From positions 188,265-252,264 of the forward strand of contig DASZXC010000008.1 of assembly GCA_035546035.1 (NCBI GenBank): DNA of 64,000 nt, written 5' to 3'. Each line of letters starts with the position of its first letter. Position 1 is the stretch's first letter. The notes beneath the pieces are model-generated. The model saw nothing but the letters and a program-made list of their open reading frames with translations, had not been told where the DNA came from and did not search any database. Shown in pieces: positions 48,978-61,546 of this stretch. Origin of the DNA: Minisyncoccota bacterium (GTDB taxonomy: Bacteria > Patescibacteriota > Minisyncoccia > Phycocordibacterales > UBA6065). Made by a program: the position numbers and the translations under genes.

Positions 48978-49787
48978 ATGGAATATCTCGCCGTATTCGT
49001 TTTCGGTCTCATCGTCGGAAGCTTCCTGAACGTCGTCATTCTCCGCTTCAATACGGGCATGACCGTGTCCGACGGCAGGTCGCGATGCTTTTCCTGCGGG
49101 GAAGAATTGACCTGGAGCGAGCTCGTTCCGGTATTGAGCTATGCCTTCCAAGGCGGCGCATGCAGAAAATGCGGCTCGCGCATATCGCCGCAGTATCCGC
49201 TGGTCGAGATCGCGGGCGGCATGGCGTTCATCGCGGCATATACGATGGTTCCCGGCGCGCTTTCCGGCGCGATGCCGTTCGCCGCATTCGCCCTCACCGC
49301 CATCCTCCTGTGCCTCTACGTCGTCATCGTCGCATACGACCTCAAGCATAAAATAATCCCTGATTTTTTTTCGTACCTCGCGGGATTCGCGGCGCTCGGC
49401 CTCGTCGCCGTCGATTCCGCTACGACAGGCTCGGTCGATTTCATGCGCGTCATCGGCGGTCCGGCGCTCTTCCTCTTCTTCTGGTTCTTCTGGAAAGTAT
49501 CGAAAGGCAGGTGGATGGGTCTGGGCGACGGAAAGCTGGCGCTCTCCATAGGCTGGACGCTCGGCTTGGTCCAAGGGCTGGCGGCGCTCCTCATATCCTT
49601 CTGGGCCGGAGCGGTCGTATCGCTCGCCGCCATGGGATATCAGAGGGTGTCGAAAAAGGGTCGAGAGGGAGCGGCGCTCGGCATGAAAAGCGAGATACCG
49701 TTCGGGCCGTTCTTGGTCATAGGATTTCTTGTCGTATTCTTCGGATTCATAGATATGCAGTCTATTTTGGCGTATTTGGCGCTATAA
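48978..49787 (+). CDS. pilD: Prepilin peptidase
   Basis: GSFLNV, RSRCFSC, CRKC, MGLGDGKL, IPFGPFL. Confidence 0.93.
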   Translation: MEYLAVFVFGLIVGSFLNVVILRFNTGMTVSDGRSRCFSCGEELTWSELVPVLSYAFQGGACRKCGSRISPQYPLVEIAGGMAFIAAYTMVPGALSGAMPFAAFALTAILLCLYVVIVAYDLKHKIIPDFFSYLAGFAALGLVAVDSATTGSVDFMRVIGGPALFLFFWFFWKVSKGRWMGLGDGKLALSIGWTLGLVQGLAALLISFWAGAVVSLAAMGYQRVSKKGREGAALGMKSEIPFGPFLVIGFLVVFFGFIDMQSILAYLAL

Positions 49788-49794
49788 TAGAGGC

Positions 49795-50373
49795 ATGGTT
49801 TCGGATCATTCCCAACAGGGCTTCACCCTCGTCGAGCTTCTCGTCTCGATCGGCATATTCACGGTCATAACGACCGTAGCCATTTTCAGCAATGCTCAAT
49901 TCAACGGCAGCGTGCTCCTCACCAACCTCGCATACGAGATCGCTCTCTCCATACGCCAGGCGCAATATTACGGGATCTCTGTCAGGCAGGATTCGTCCCA
50001 GGCATTCGATTCGGGCTATGGCGTCAGCTTCAAGACTTCGACCCCGACCTCGTATTCCATATTCGAAGACAAGGCCGGCGGTTCGATGCATATATATGAC
50101 GGCAGCGATCCGATAGTCAAAGCATATTCGGTCGCGAAGGGTAACAGGGTGTCCAAGATATGCGTAGACGGCGACTGCTCGAAGACGACCGTGGACATCA
50201 CGTTCGTCCGTCCCGAACCGGACGCGTTCATAACGGCGAACGCCGCAACGTCTCCCTTCTACGGCAAGGCCGAGGTCTGCGTCCTCTCGCCCCAGAACCT
50301 GAAAAGGAAGATCGTGGTCGAGTCTACGGGGCAGATATCGGTTGGAACGGATGATTCGGGCGTCTGCAATTAA
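49795..50373 (+). CDS. Minor pilin
   Basis: QGFTLVELL. Confidence 0.85.
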   Translation: MVSDHSQQGFTLVELLVSIGIFTVITTVAIFSNAQFNGSVLLTNLAYEIALSIRQAQYYGISVRQDSSQAFDSGYGVSFKTSTPTSYSIFEDKAGGSMHIYDGSDPIVKAYSVAKGNRVSKICVDGDCSKTTVDITFVRPEPDAFITANAATSPFYGKAEVCVLSPQNLKRKIVVESTGQISVGTDDSGVCN

Positions 50374-50376
50374 CAT

Positions 50377-50961
50377 ATGAAGAATAGCGCGAACAATCAG
50401 GGATTCACGCTCATCGAGGTTCTCGTCTCGGTATCCATATTCGCCATGGTGATGCTCATCGCGACCGGGTCGGTGTTCTCGATCGTCGCGGCGAACAAGA
50501 AGACTCATGCCATAAAGTCGGTGATGACGAACCTGAACTTCGCCCTCGAAAGCATGATGCGCGACATGCGCCTCGGCTCGCGCTATGCCTGCGGGGCGTC
50601 GGTACCGCTTTCGAGCCCCTCTGACTGCGCCTCGGGCGATGTTGTATTCAGGTTCAAGGCGAATCGCGACGTTTCCGGCGATGCCGTCTATGACCCGTCG
50701 GGAATAAACGATCAGATAGAATACAGGCTCCAGGACGGGCGTATCATGAAGAAGATATACGACAACACGACCTCGGACTACGCCATCACCGCGACGGAAG
50801 TCCATGTGACGTCCCTTATGTTCTACGTGACCGGATCGGGAACCGGCGACGGCAAGCAGCCGAAGGTCGTCGTCACGGTCCAGGGATATTCGGGATCCGG
50901 CGCGACCCAGTCGAATTTCAACATCCAGACCATGGTGACCCAGCGCGCCATCGATTCATAG
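50377..50961 (+). CDS. Minor pilin
   Basis: QGFTLIEVL. Confidence 0.85.
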   Translation: MKNSANNQGFTLIEVLVSVSIFAMVMLIATGSVFSIVAANKKTHAIKSVMTNLNFALESMMRDMRLGSRYACGASVPLSSPSDCASGDVVFRFKANRDVSGDAVYDPSGINDQIEYRLQDGRIMKKIYDNTTSDYAITATEVHVTSLMFYVTGSGTGDGKQPKVVVTVQGYSGSGATQSNFNIQTMVTQRAIDS

Positions 50962-50976
50962 CATGCGATCCTCCGT

Positions 50977-51522
50977 ATGAAAAAACGCTCTGAAAACAAA
51001 GGCAACAAAGGATTCACGCTCGTCGAGGCCATGGTGGCGATCTCGATACTTTCGCTTGCGGTCACAGGGCCTCTCATCATCGCGCAGAAAGGCCTCGGCT
51101 CCGCCGTATACGCCAAAGACCAGATCATCGCGGCATATCTGGCGCAGGAAGCGGTCGAATACGTCCGAAATGCCCGCGATACCAACCGCATCACTGGCGC
51201 CGCATGGCTCAACGGGCTTTCGGCCTGCATGGTGAGCGGCGGCTCGGAAGCGTGCGAGATAGACGCGCGAAAGACGGATTTTCTCGCGACGGGCGCGGTG
51301 CAGTCGTGCCCGGGCGGCGCCTGCGACAAGGTCTCGTTCGATCCGTCGAGCGGCCTCTATGGCTACGGTATCGGCAGCGCGACGAAATTCACTCGCTCGA
51401 TATCCATAGACAACCGCGCTTCGGCAAAAGAGGCGACTATGACCGTGACGGTGTCGTGGGCGACGAATCTCTTCCTGCCGGTCCGAACGTTCACGGTACG
51501 CGAGACGATATTCAACTTCTAG
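50977..51522 (+). CDS. Minor pilin (PilV-like)
   Basis: KGFTLVEAM, AAYLAQEAVE. Confidence 0.85.
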   Translation: MKKRSENKGNKGFTLVEAMVAISILSLAVTGPLIIAQKGLGSAVYAKDQIIAAYLAQEAVEYVRNARDTNRITGAAWLNGLSACMVSGGSEACEIDARKTDFLATGAVQSCPGGACDKVSFDPSSGLYGYGIGSATKFTRSISIDNRASAKEATMTVTVSWATNLFLPVRTFTVRETIFNF

Positions 51523-51523
51523 C

Positions 51524-52084
51524 ATGAAAACAGATGCTCTGATCCAGAATAGGACTCCATCGCAGAAGGCCGGTTTTGCCATGCTCTTTGCCGTCCTCGT
51601 ATCGAGCGTGCTTCTGGCCGTCGGCATTTCCATATTCAACCTGACGGTGAAAGAGCTCATATTGTCGGCTTCCGGCCGTGAATCGCAGTTCGCATTCTAT
51701 GCCGCCGACACGGGCGCCGAGTGCGCCCTATATTGGGATTTCAAGGGCGTCGACGTCTTCGCGACTTCCACGGGCGACCGAACTCCGTCGCCGGCGAGCC
51801 CTGACTGCGTAGACGCTGCAGGACAGGCGGCGCAGACCATAAACGTATCGAATTACGTCGCGTATTCCGGCTATCCCGTGGCGCGAACGAGCAATTCAGC
51901 CGTGACGCAATTCACGCTCAATATCCCGAGCGTAGGCCCGCAGTACTGCGCGATCGTGACGGTGGTCAAAGACTCTTCCTCTGGCATTCAAAAGACCGTG
52001 ATCGATTCGCGAGGGTACAATTTGCCGTGCTCGGCGACTACTGATCCAAACAGGGTGGAGCGAGCTTTGAAGATCACATACTAG
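51524..52084 (+). CDS. PilX-like minor pilin
   Basis: GFAML without Glu5; AFYAADTGAE. Confidence 0.8.
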   Translation: MKTDALIQNRTPSQKAGFAMLFAVLVSSVLLAVGISIFNLTVKELILSASGRESQFAFYAADTGAECALYWDFKGVDVFATSTGDRTPSPASPDCVDAAGQAAQTINVSNYVAYSGYPVARTSNSAVTQFTLNIPSVGPQYCAIVTVVKDSSSGIQKTVIDSRGYNLPCSATTDPNRVERALKITY

Positions 52085-52107
52085 TCTTTGGAGCCTAAAA
52101 ATCGTAA

Positions 52108-54144
<2,037 letters not shown>

Positions 54145-54193
54145 AATAGGTTGTGGATAATTCAGTCGCCGTTTCTGTGCGATAATCATACCC

Positions 54194-57100
54194 ATGAGAC
54201 CAGTCAGGTGCTTTAATTGGCTGTGGTGCATTTTTGTCTTCACGCTCGTCGTCCCTTCGACTGGATTTGCCGCAACCGCTATCTATAGGTCCGTATCGCC
54301 GAGCAACACCTCGGTCCTCGATTCTGCCGGCGGGTCGAAATCCCTGACCATCAGCGGCTCTACCGCGACGTTCGGCGGCGCCATAGCGAATAACGTGGGC
54401 GTCGGCGACGTTATCCAGTACGATTCCGCGTCCAACGGAACTATCAATGCCGTCGCTTTCATATACGGCCGCACGGATTCGACGCACTATACCGTGAAGA
54501 ACGCGTCCGGCGGCACGCCGACCGCCGTTACGGGAAGCACTGCATGGTCTATCTATCGAGCATATACTTCTCTGGGCGAAGGCTTCGTAGGTTCCGAGAA
54601 CACTGGTATCAATTCGTCCGTCCGGGATTTCGATACTACGTATTCAGGTACCGACGGTAAGGATCTCACGGTCCTCGATCAGCAGTGGAATTTCGCCGCA
54701 TACGGCAATGGCACGACCCGTGATCACACTCCTAACCCATATCTTATCGGCTGGACGACGGGGCCTACCACATACATCAGGATATATACGCCGACATCGA
54801 CTGCGGAAGTAGGCACGAGCCAGAGGGCGAATGGAGGCAAATGGGATCCGAATAAATACGGGGTCAGCTCTCCCTGCCAGGGTCTTTGGCTTCAGGTCAA
54901 TTATGCCCGAATCGACGGCATCCAGATGGACCTGTTGCATACGCAGGCGTCCACGAGCGGGGCCGGCGAGTATCAGATATCTAATAATCTCATAGATCCG
55001 GTCGTCGCAGATAATTTCGGTTGTTTCTTCAGCTATTTCGATGAATCCGCATCAAATGGAGCTAGTGTCGGCCTGAAGTTCTGGAACAATATCGTCGCAA
55101 ACAGCGGCCCGGCCGGAGGCGCTGTAGACCTCCGCTATCTCGGCGGGCAGGTGACGCTGTATAATAACACCTTCTATAACGATGCGTATCCTTTCTTTGT
55201 GGGTGCTTCGAATATGCTGCTTAAGAACAACATATTCGCATCGACTACGGAGATCTTCAGGTTCGGCGGATCAGCTTCTGCGTCTTCCGACTACAACTCC
55301 TTCAGCGCGTCTTCGGTAAGCGGGTATACGAACAATACCCATGACCGTTTCTCTCAGACGTTCTCATTAAACGACCCTGCCAATTATGACTATAACCTCA
55401 CAGGCTCTGATACTGCTGCCCGCGACCGCGGCGTCGACCTCTCCGGCGACAGCCTGATCCCGTTCTCCATAGACCAAACCGGCAGCACCCGTCCCGGCAA
55501 CTCTATCTGGGATATAGGCGCGCTCGAATATTTTCCCGCTCCCGATACGACGCCGCCCGGCCGTTCGGCAGGCGCTCCTTCCGGTAGGATAGCGACTTCG
55601 ACGACTTCTACCAATATCACGCTCAATACGAACGAGAGCTCCACCTGCAAGTATTCGACGACCCCGAACACGGCCTATGGATCGATGACGAACACGTTCA
55701 CCACCACCGGCGGCACGAGCCATTCGACTGCCGTGAGCGTGTCGAGCGGACACCCGTACACCTATTACATCCGCTGCCAGGACGGCGCATCGAATGCGAA
55801 TACGGACGACTATACCATCCAGTTCTTCGTGAATCAGGCGGGTACCGTGTACGCCGACAGTTGTTCTGTCTCTGACGTGAATACGGCGTATAGCTATACC
55901 TATGCCGGAGATACGCTCAAGCTCCCTGCGGGTACCTGCACCGGATGGACATCGTCGTCCGGTCTTGCCATCGGCAAGGCCATAACGCTTCAGGGCGCGG
56001 GTATCGACCAGACGATCCTGGAGATCGCATCTACGACCGGGACGTACAATTCAGCCGCGATACCGATCTTCGCGCCGGCGACTGTCCGCGATCTTACGGT
56101 CCGCACGGAAACGTCGGGAAACAGCGGCACCTGGTTCGCCGCGAGCGCCGACGGATTCCATTTCACGAACGTCAAGTATGTAGACAGGACTTCGACCACC
56201 GGCGGCTACTTCCTCTATGCGAGCGCGTATGGCCTCGTCGACAACAGCGATATCACGAGTGCGGCGGGCGACATGGAGCTCATACTGGTCCGCGGCCCTT
56301 CGAACTCTTGGCAGACCGCGAATTCGATGGGCTCTTCGTCGGCAGTCTTCATCGAGAACTCCATATTCCGCGGGCCGGGATACGTGACGGACTGTAACTC
56401 GAACGCGCGCTGCGTCGTCCGCAACATCTCCATCACCGGTCAAATGAAGGTAGACGGCCACGGCTTGGCTTCGAACACGCCTGCCCGCGGCGTCCGCCAG
56501 TATGAGCTCTATAACACGACGTGGAGCGCGGCCGACGGCGCGTGGACGGCGATCGAAATGCGCGGCGGCACCGGCATGATATTCGGCAACAGATCGACCG
56601 GCGGCAATTTCCTTTTCAATGAATACTGCGCGACTGCGGTTTGGGCGAATTGCGGGGGCGTCCAGCTGACGGCGGCTGACTATCCGATATCCGATCAGAT
56701 CGGCGTGGGCAAGGATCCCAAAGCAGCCCATAGCGAGCCGTATTATGTCTGGGATACTTTGAAGAACGCCGCTCAATGGCCGATCAACCTCGGCTATGGC
56801 GAAGAAGCCCTCTTGAGCGGCCTCATCGTCGCGAATAGGGATTACTATATATCCTCGACCTCCGTAGCTTTCAACGGAACGGCGAACGGTACCTCTGCCG
56901 GCGTCGGCACCGGCCTCCTCGCGGCCCGTCCGGCGACCTGCACGACGGGCGTTGCCTATTGGGCGACCGATCAGGGCGGCAGCTGGAATACGATAAACGG
57001 CACCGGAGCCGACGGCGCTCTCTATACATGTATCTCCACGAATACCTGGAGGAAGTCGTATGTCCCGTACGCCCTGCCTCATTATCTTGCCGCCGCTTCG

Positions 57101-58861
57101 ACTACCGGCACGAGCCTCGTCGACAGGGGAATGGGCGCGCGCTTCTTCGGCGTCGGAACGTTCTATGGCGTCGCCACGTCTTCCGCTTCCGGCACGTATG
57201 CCGATATGGCTATCAATCCTTCCTCTACCTCGGCCGACACCTGGCTCGATGTCTCCATCTCCCTCTGGAACAATACGGGAACGAGGCATAAGACGTGGAC
57301 GGAATCATCGGAGAACGCTACGACGACGCTGCACACCATCGGCGACCTCGCGGCTAACACGGGCTATAACGTCAAGGTAGACAACGTCCTCGGATCGGGC
57401 ATAACGGGCGGCTCGTGCTCGGGCGGCGTCTGCACCTCGAACGGCTCCGGCAAGATCACTTTCACGTATTCGGGAGGATATTCTACCCACACGTTCGACG
57501 TCGAAGACGTCTCGGCTTCGTCCGCGTCCGCGCCTTCGGTGACGACCTCCGCGGCTTCGTCCATCGCTGCTACGACCGCTATCCTTAACGGCTCGATAAC
57601 CAACAATGGGGGAGCGGACGCCACCCAGTCGGGCTTCGCATACGGCACGGTCTCGACGCTCCAGTCAGGCGTCATCGCGACCTCGACCCTCGGATCGCAG
57701 ACGGGCAACGCCTCGTTCAATTCGTCGATATCGTCTTTGACCTGCAATACCACGTATTATTTCCGCGCGTATGCTACGAATACCGGCGGAACCGGATACG
57801 GATCGATCCTCTCGTTCACGTCGGGAGCATGCACCCCGACCGTCACTACCCAGGCCGCTTCGTCCATCACTAATTCTTCTGCGACCGCGAACGGCACGAT
57901 CACCGCGACCGGCGGAGCGAATGCGACCTCTCGCGGAGCCGTATACGGCGTCACGACCGCGTATGGCGCGACCACGACTGAAGCCGGATCGTTCTCCACG
58001 GGAGCCTTCACCGCTTCTTTGAGCGGCCTCGCCTGCAATACCCTCTACCATGTAAAGGCGTATGCGATCAATTCCGGCGGTGCGGCGTACGGCTCTGACG
58101 TCACGTTCACCTCGTCGGCCTGCGCATCGCCGTCCGTGACGACCTCCGCCGCTTCATCGATCGGCCAGACCTCTGCGACCTTGAACGCTCTCATCACCGC
58201 GACCGGCGGCCAGAACGCCACCCAGTCGGGCTTCGCGTACGGCACGTCGTCGGCGCTTTCGACCGTCATCGCGACCTCGACCCTCGGATCGCAGACGGGC
58301 GCCGTCGCATTCTCTTCCTCCGTATCGTCTCTCACCTGCGAAACCACCTACTACTTCCGCGCGTACGCGACGAATCCGACGGGAACCTCGTACGGATCGG
58401 TCGTTTCGTTCACTGCGGCGTCCTGCGTGACCGTTTCCGAGCCGACGCCCGTCTCTTCCGCTTCGCGTCCTTCCTCCCAGACCCATAGGGAGACGGCTGT
58501 CGCCGCGCCTTCGTCCGTCGTGACCGTCTCAAGCCCTGTCCTTCTCCCGACCCTCCGTCAATTCATCGATGCCCTCATATCGGCGGGCGTCATACCGGCA
58601 GACAAGGCAGAGACGGCTCGCGCGGCGCTCCTCAACACCGCTCCGGCATCCACCCCGTCGGTCAACCTCGCATACCATGACCAGGGAGACGCGGTGAAGT
58701 CGCTCCAGACGATACTCGCGTCCAAGGGCTTTTTGACCGCGACGCCGAACGGCGTATTCGGTCCCGCGACCCTCGCGGCGCTTAAAGCCTTCCAGAAGGC
58801 CAACGGCGTGCCCGCTACGGGCTTCTACGGGCCTCTTACCAGGGCGGCGATGGGACAGTAA
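54194..58861 (+). CDS. Large secreted Ser/Thr/Gly-rich surface protein with beta-helix-like regions, three FN3-like repeats and a C-terminal peptidoglycan-binding domain
   Basis: Signal peptide; NNTFYN and WDIGALEY; repeats TTYYFRAYATN; VKSLQ..L...GVFGPAT.AALKAFQ...TGFYGPLTR. Confidence 0.8.
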   Translation: MRPVRCFNWLWCIFVFTLVVPSTGFAATAIYRSVSPSNTSVLDSAGGSKSLTISGSTATFGGAIANNVGVGDVIQYDSASNGTINAVAFIYGRTDSTHYTVKNASGGTPTAVTGSTAWSIYRAYTSLGEGFVGSENTGINSSVRDFDTTYSGTDGKDLTVLDQQWNFAAYGNGTTRDHTPNPYLIGWTTGPTTYIRIYTPTSTAEVGTSQRANGGKWDPNKYGVSSPCQGLWLQVNYARIDGIQMDLLHTQASTSGAGEYQISNNLIDPVVADNFGCFFSYFDESASNGASVGLKFWNNIVANSGPAGGAVDLRYLGGQVTLYNNTFYNDAYPFFVGASNMLLKNNIFASTTEIFRFGGSASASSDYNSFSASSVSGYTNNTHDRFSQTFSLNDPANYDYNLTGSDTAARDRGVDLSGDSLIPFSIDQTGSTRPGNSIWDIGALEYFPAPDTTPPGRSAGAPSGRIATSTTSTNITLNTNESSTCKYSTTPNTAYGSMTNTFTTTGGTSHSTAVSVSSGHPYTYYIRCQDGASNANTDDYTIQFFVNQAGTVYADSCSVSDVNTAYSYTYAGDTLKLPAGTCTGWTSSSGLAIGKAITLQGAGIDQTILEIASTTGTYNSAAIPIFAPATVRDLTVRTETSGNSGTWFAASADGFHFTNVKYVDRTSTTGGYFLYASAYGLVDNSDITSAAGDMELILVRGPSNSWQTANSMGSSSAVFIENSIFRGPGYVTDCNSNARCVVRNISITGQMKVDGHGLASNTPARGVRQYELYNTTWSAADGAWTAIEMRGGTGMIFGNRSTGGNFLFNEYCATAVWANCGGVQLTAADYPISDQIGVGKDPKAAHSEPYYVWDTLKNAAQWPINLGYGEEALLSGLIVANRDYYISSTSVAFNGTANGTSAGVGTGLLAARPATCTTGVAYWATDQGGSWNTINGTGADGALYTCISTNTWRKSYVPYALPHYLAAASTTGTSLVDRGMGARFFGVGTFYGVATSSASGTYADMAINPSSTSADTWLDVSISLWNNTGTRHKTWTESSENATTTLHTIGDLAANTGYNVKVDNVLGSGITGGSCSGGVCTSNGSGKITFTYSGGYSTHTFDVEDVSASSASAPSVTTSAASSIAATTAILNGSITNNGGADATQSGFAYGTVSTLQSGVIATSTLGSQTGNASFNSSISSLTCNTTYYFRAYATNTGGTGYGSILSFTSGACTPTVTTQAASSITNSSATANGTITATGGANATSRGAVYGVTTAYGATTTEAGSFSTGAFTASLSGLACNTLYHVKAYAINSGGAAYGSDVTFTSSACASPSVTTSAASSIGQTSATLNALITATGGQNATQSGFAYGTSSALSTVIATSTLGSQTGAVAFSSSVSSLTCETTYYFRAYATNPTGTSYGSVVSFTAASCVTVSEPTPVSSASRPSSQTHRETAVAAPSSVVTVSSPVLLPTLRQFIDALISAGVIPADKAETARAALLNTAPASTPSVNLAYHDQGDAVKSLQTILASKGFLTATPNGVFGPATLAALKAFQKANGVPATGFYGPLTRAAMGQ

Positions 58862-58915
58862 GGCGCGACGGGAGAAAGCTTTGAACCGCAGGCGCGCAAT
58901 GGTATAGTCATCCCC

Positions 58916-59221
58916 ATGATAACCCGCGCCGATATAGACAAGCTTTCCGCGCTCTCGCGGCTCAAGCTCACCGAAGACGAGGCCGTACGCATGCAGGGCG
59001 ATATGACCTCGATTTTGGCATATGTAGATAAGCTGAAGGCGGCTGTGGGGACGGAAACGGGCCCGATCATGTCGGCGAACAAGAACGTCATGCGCGAGGA
59101 CGCCGACCCGCATCAGAGCGGCGAATTCACCGACAGGCTGGTCGCTCTCGCTCCGCGGCGCGAGACGACGAAAGAGGGGAGTTTCGTCAAAGTGAAGAAG
59201 ATACTCGGCGGATCGCAATAA
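58916..59221 (+). CDS. gatC: Amidotransferase subunit C
   Basis: LSRL, ILAYVDKL, MRED; precedes gatA. Confidence 0.9.
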   Translation: MITRADIDKLSALSRLKLTEDEAVRMQGDMTSILAYVDKLKAAVGTETGPIMSANKNVMREDADPHQSGEFTDRLVALAPRRETTKEGSFVKVKKILGGSQ

Positions 59222-59222
59222 T

Positions 59223-60641
59223 ATGATCGATATCGCCAATCTCACCATCAAAAAAGCGCATGAAGCTCTTGTACGGGGCGATTTCACCGTGCGCGACCTC
59301 GCCAAAGCATATTTGGAGGAGATCAAGAAAAAAGACGCCGATATCCATGCGTATCTCGAGGTCTATGAAGACGTCATGAAACAGGCTGACGAGGCGCAGA
59401 AGAAGGTCTCGGCTGAAAACGCGCTGGCTGGTATCCCTATCGCGGTGAAAGACAACATTATGATCGAAGGCAGGCGCGCGCAGTCCGCGTCGAAGATGCT
59501 CGAAGGCTATGTAGCTCCCTATGATGCGACGGCTATCAAGAAATTGAAGGAAGCGGGCGTCGTATTTATCGGTCGCGCGAATATGGATGAATTCGCCATG
59601 GGCGGCTCGACGGAGAACTCTGCGTACGGGGCGACTAAGAACCCTCATGACCTCGCGAGGGTCGCGGGAGGATCGTCGGGAGGATCGGCTGCCGCCGTAG
59701 GCGGCGGCCTAGCCCTGGCTGCGCTCGGCTCTGACACCGGCGGCTCGGTCCGCCAGCCCGCGTCGTATTGCGGCGTGGTCGGCCTTAAACCGACCTATGG
59801 CTCTATCTCGCGCCATGGCCTCATGGCTATGGGCTCGTCCCTCGATATCATCGGCCCTCTGACAAAAACCGTCGCCGATGCCGAAATCCTTTTCGACGCT
59901 ATGAAGGGAAAAGACCGCTATGACTCGACCTCTATCGACCCGATGCCTGAAAAGCCGGCGACGAAGAGGCTGGTCATCGGCATTCCGCGCCACTTCCTCA
60001 AGGGTGATGGCATCGATCCCGAAGTCATGCGCGCCTTCGAAGCGTCCGTCGAGAGATTCCGCAGCATGGGCTATGAGATCCGCGACGTCGAGCTTCCGAA
60101 TATCGAATACTCTCTCGCCGTCTACTATGTCCTCATGCCTGCAGAGGTATCTACGAACCTTGCGCGTTTCGACGGCGTAAAATACGGATTCCACAAGGAC
60201 GGCAAAGACCTTCTTGAAGACTACCTTCTCTCGCGCGGCGAAGGCTTCGGCCGCGAAGCGCGCCGCCGAATCATGCTCGGCGCCTACGTGCTTTCCTCCG
60301 GCTATTACGATGCCTATTACAACAAAGCATCCGCCGTGCGCGAGCTCCTCAAGCGCGATTTCGCTGACGCGTTCAAATCTGTAGATGCCATCCTCATCCC
60401 GACCGCTCCCGCCCCTGCGTTCAAGATAGGGGAGAAGGTCTCGGACCCGGTCGCTATGTATCTTGAGGACATATTCACCGTCACGGCGAACCTCGTCGGC
60501 GTGCCGGCCATATCCATTCCCGCAGGCGTCAAAAACGAAGGTAGCAAATCGCTCCCGATAGGCATCCAGCTCCTCGCCGATATGCGCCGCGAAGACGTCC
60601 TTTTCGCCCTCGGCAAGAAATTCCTCGGCGAGGTAGAATAA
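59223..60641 (+). CDS. gatA: Amidotransferase subunit A
   Basis: KDNI, GGSSGGS, GSDTGGSVRQPA, GYYDAYY. Confidence 0.96.
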   Translation: MIDIANLTIKKAHEALVRGDFTVRDLAKAYLEEIKKKDADIHAYLEVYEDVMKQADEAQKKVSAENALAGIPIAVKDNIMIEGRRAQSASKMLEGYVAPYDATAIKKLKEAGVVFIGRANMDEFAMGGSTENSAYGATKNPHDLARVAGGSSGGSAAAVGGGLALAALGSDTGGSVRQPASYCGVVGLKPTYGSISRHGLMAMGSSLDIIGPLTKTVADAEILFDAMKGKDRYDSTSIDPMPEKPATKRLVIGIPRHFLKGDGIDPEVMRAFEASVERFRSMGYEIRDVELPNIEYSLAVYYVLMPAEVSTNLARFDGVKYGFHKDGKDLLEDYLLSRGEGFGREARRRIMLGAYVLSSGYYDAYYNKASAVRELLKRDFADAFKSVDAILIPTAPAPAFKIGEKVSDPVAMYLEDIFTVTANLVGVPAISIPAGVKNEGSKSLPIGIQLLADMRREDVLFALGKKFLGEVE

Positions 60642-60657
60642 AGGGAGCACACATCCC

Positions 60658-61239
60658 ATGGACAGCGTCACATTTCTCAACGTCGAATACATATACCTCC
60701 GTATCGTCGACTTCTTCAAGAACTTCGATATCATCGCGATCCTCAACTGGATCATCCATTACATAAACCTCATCAAGCCGATCGCGATCATCGTCTCGCT
60801 CTTCATATTCTTCGTCATCCTCTATTCACACATGCGCCTGCGCCAGATAGGGAAGGAAGAGAAGGAAAAATTCGAAGCCAGGAAGCTGAAGGCGACCGCC
60901 CCTGAAGAGCATCACGACGAAGATCTAAGCAAGCGCTGGCATCAGGTCCTGACCCATATCAATTCGAACAATCCGTCGGACTGGAGGCTCGCGATCCTCG
61001 AGGCGGATATTATGCTCGATGACATTTTGGAAAAGCAGGGCTATCAGGGCGATTCGATCGGGGACAAATTGAAGGGCGTCCAAAAGGGCGATTTCCTAAC
61101 TATCGAGCAGGCCTGGACGGCGCATAAGGTGCGAAACCAGATAGCCCACCAGGGAACCGACTATCAGCTGAACGAGCGCGAAGCCAAGCAGGTCATAGAC
61201 CTCTACAAGCAGGTTTTCAGCGAGTTCTATCATATATAG
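60658..61239 (+). CDS. Membrane-anchored hypothetical protein
   Basis: WRLAILEAD...AHKVRNQIAH (RxxxxH, HEPN-like). Confidence 0.75.
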   Translation: MDSVTFLNVEYIYLRIVDFFKNFDIIAILNWIIHYINLIKPIAIIVSLFIFFVILYSHMRLRQIGKEEKEKFEARKLKATAPEEHHDEDLSKRWHQVLTHINSNNPSDWRLAILEADIMLDDILEKQGYQGDSIGDKLKGVQKGDFLTIEQAWTAHKVRNQIAHQGTDYQLNEREAKQVIDLYKQVFSEFYHI

Positions 61240-61341
61240 GGCTAAGGTCGGCCGCAGGATACCCCTTGATTCTAACTTTCACAGGTGGTATAATTGTCCT
61301 TACCTCGCATTAGGGACGTAGTACTACTGGAGGTCCAATAT

Positions 61342-61415
<74 letters not shown>

Positions 61416-61546
61416 CAAGTCAGTGAGGCCTATCAAAGTGGGTCGAACAGGCAAAAAGCACCTGAAAGGGTGCTTTTTGTTTTTAGAAAACAGTACGGTT
61501 ATCAAGATGTATGCTAGACTTACGTCATAATTCGTGGCCAAGATCA

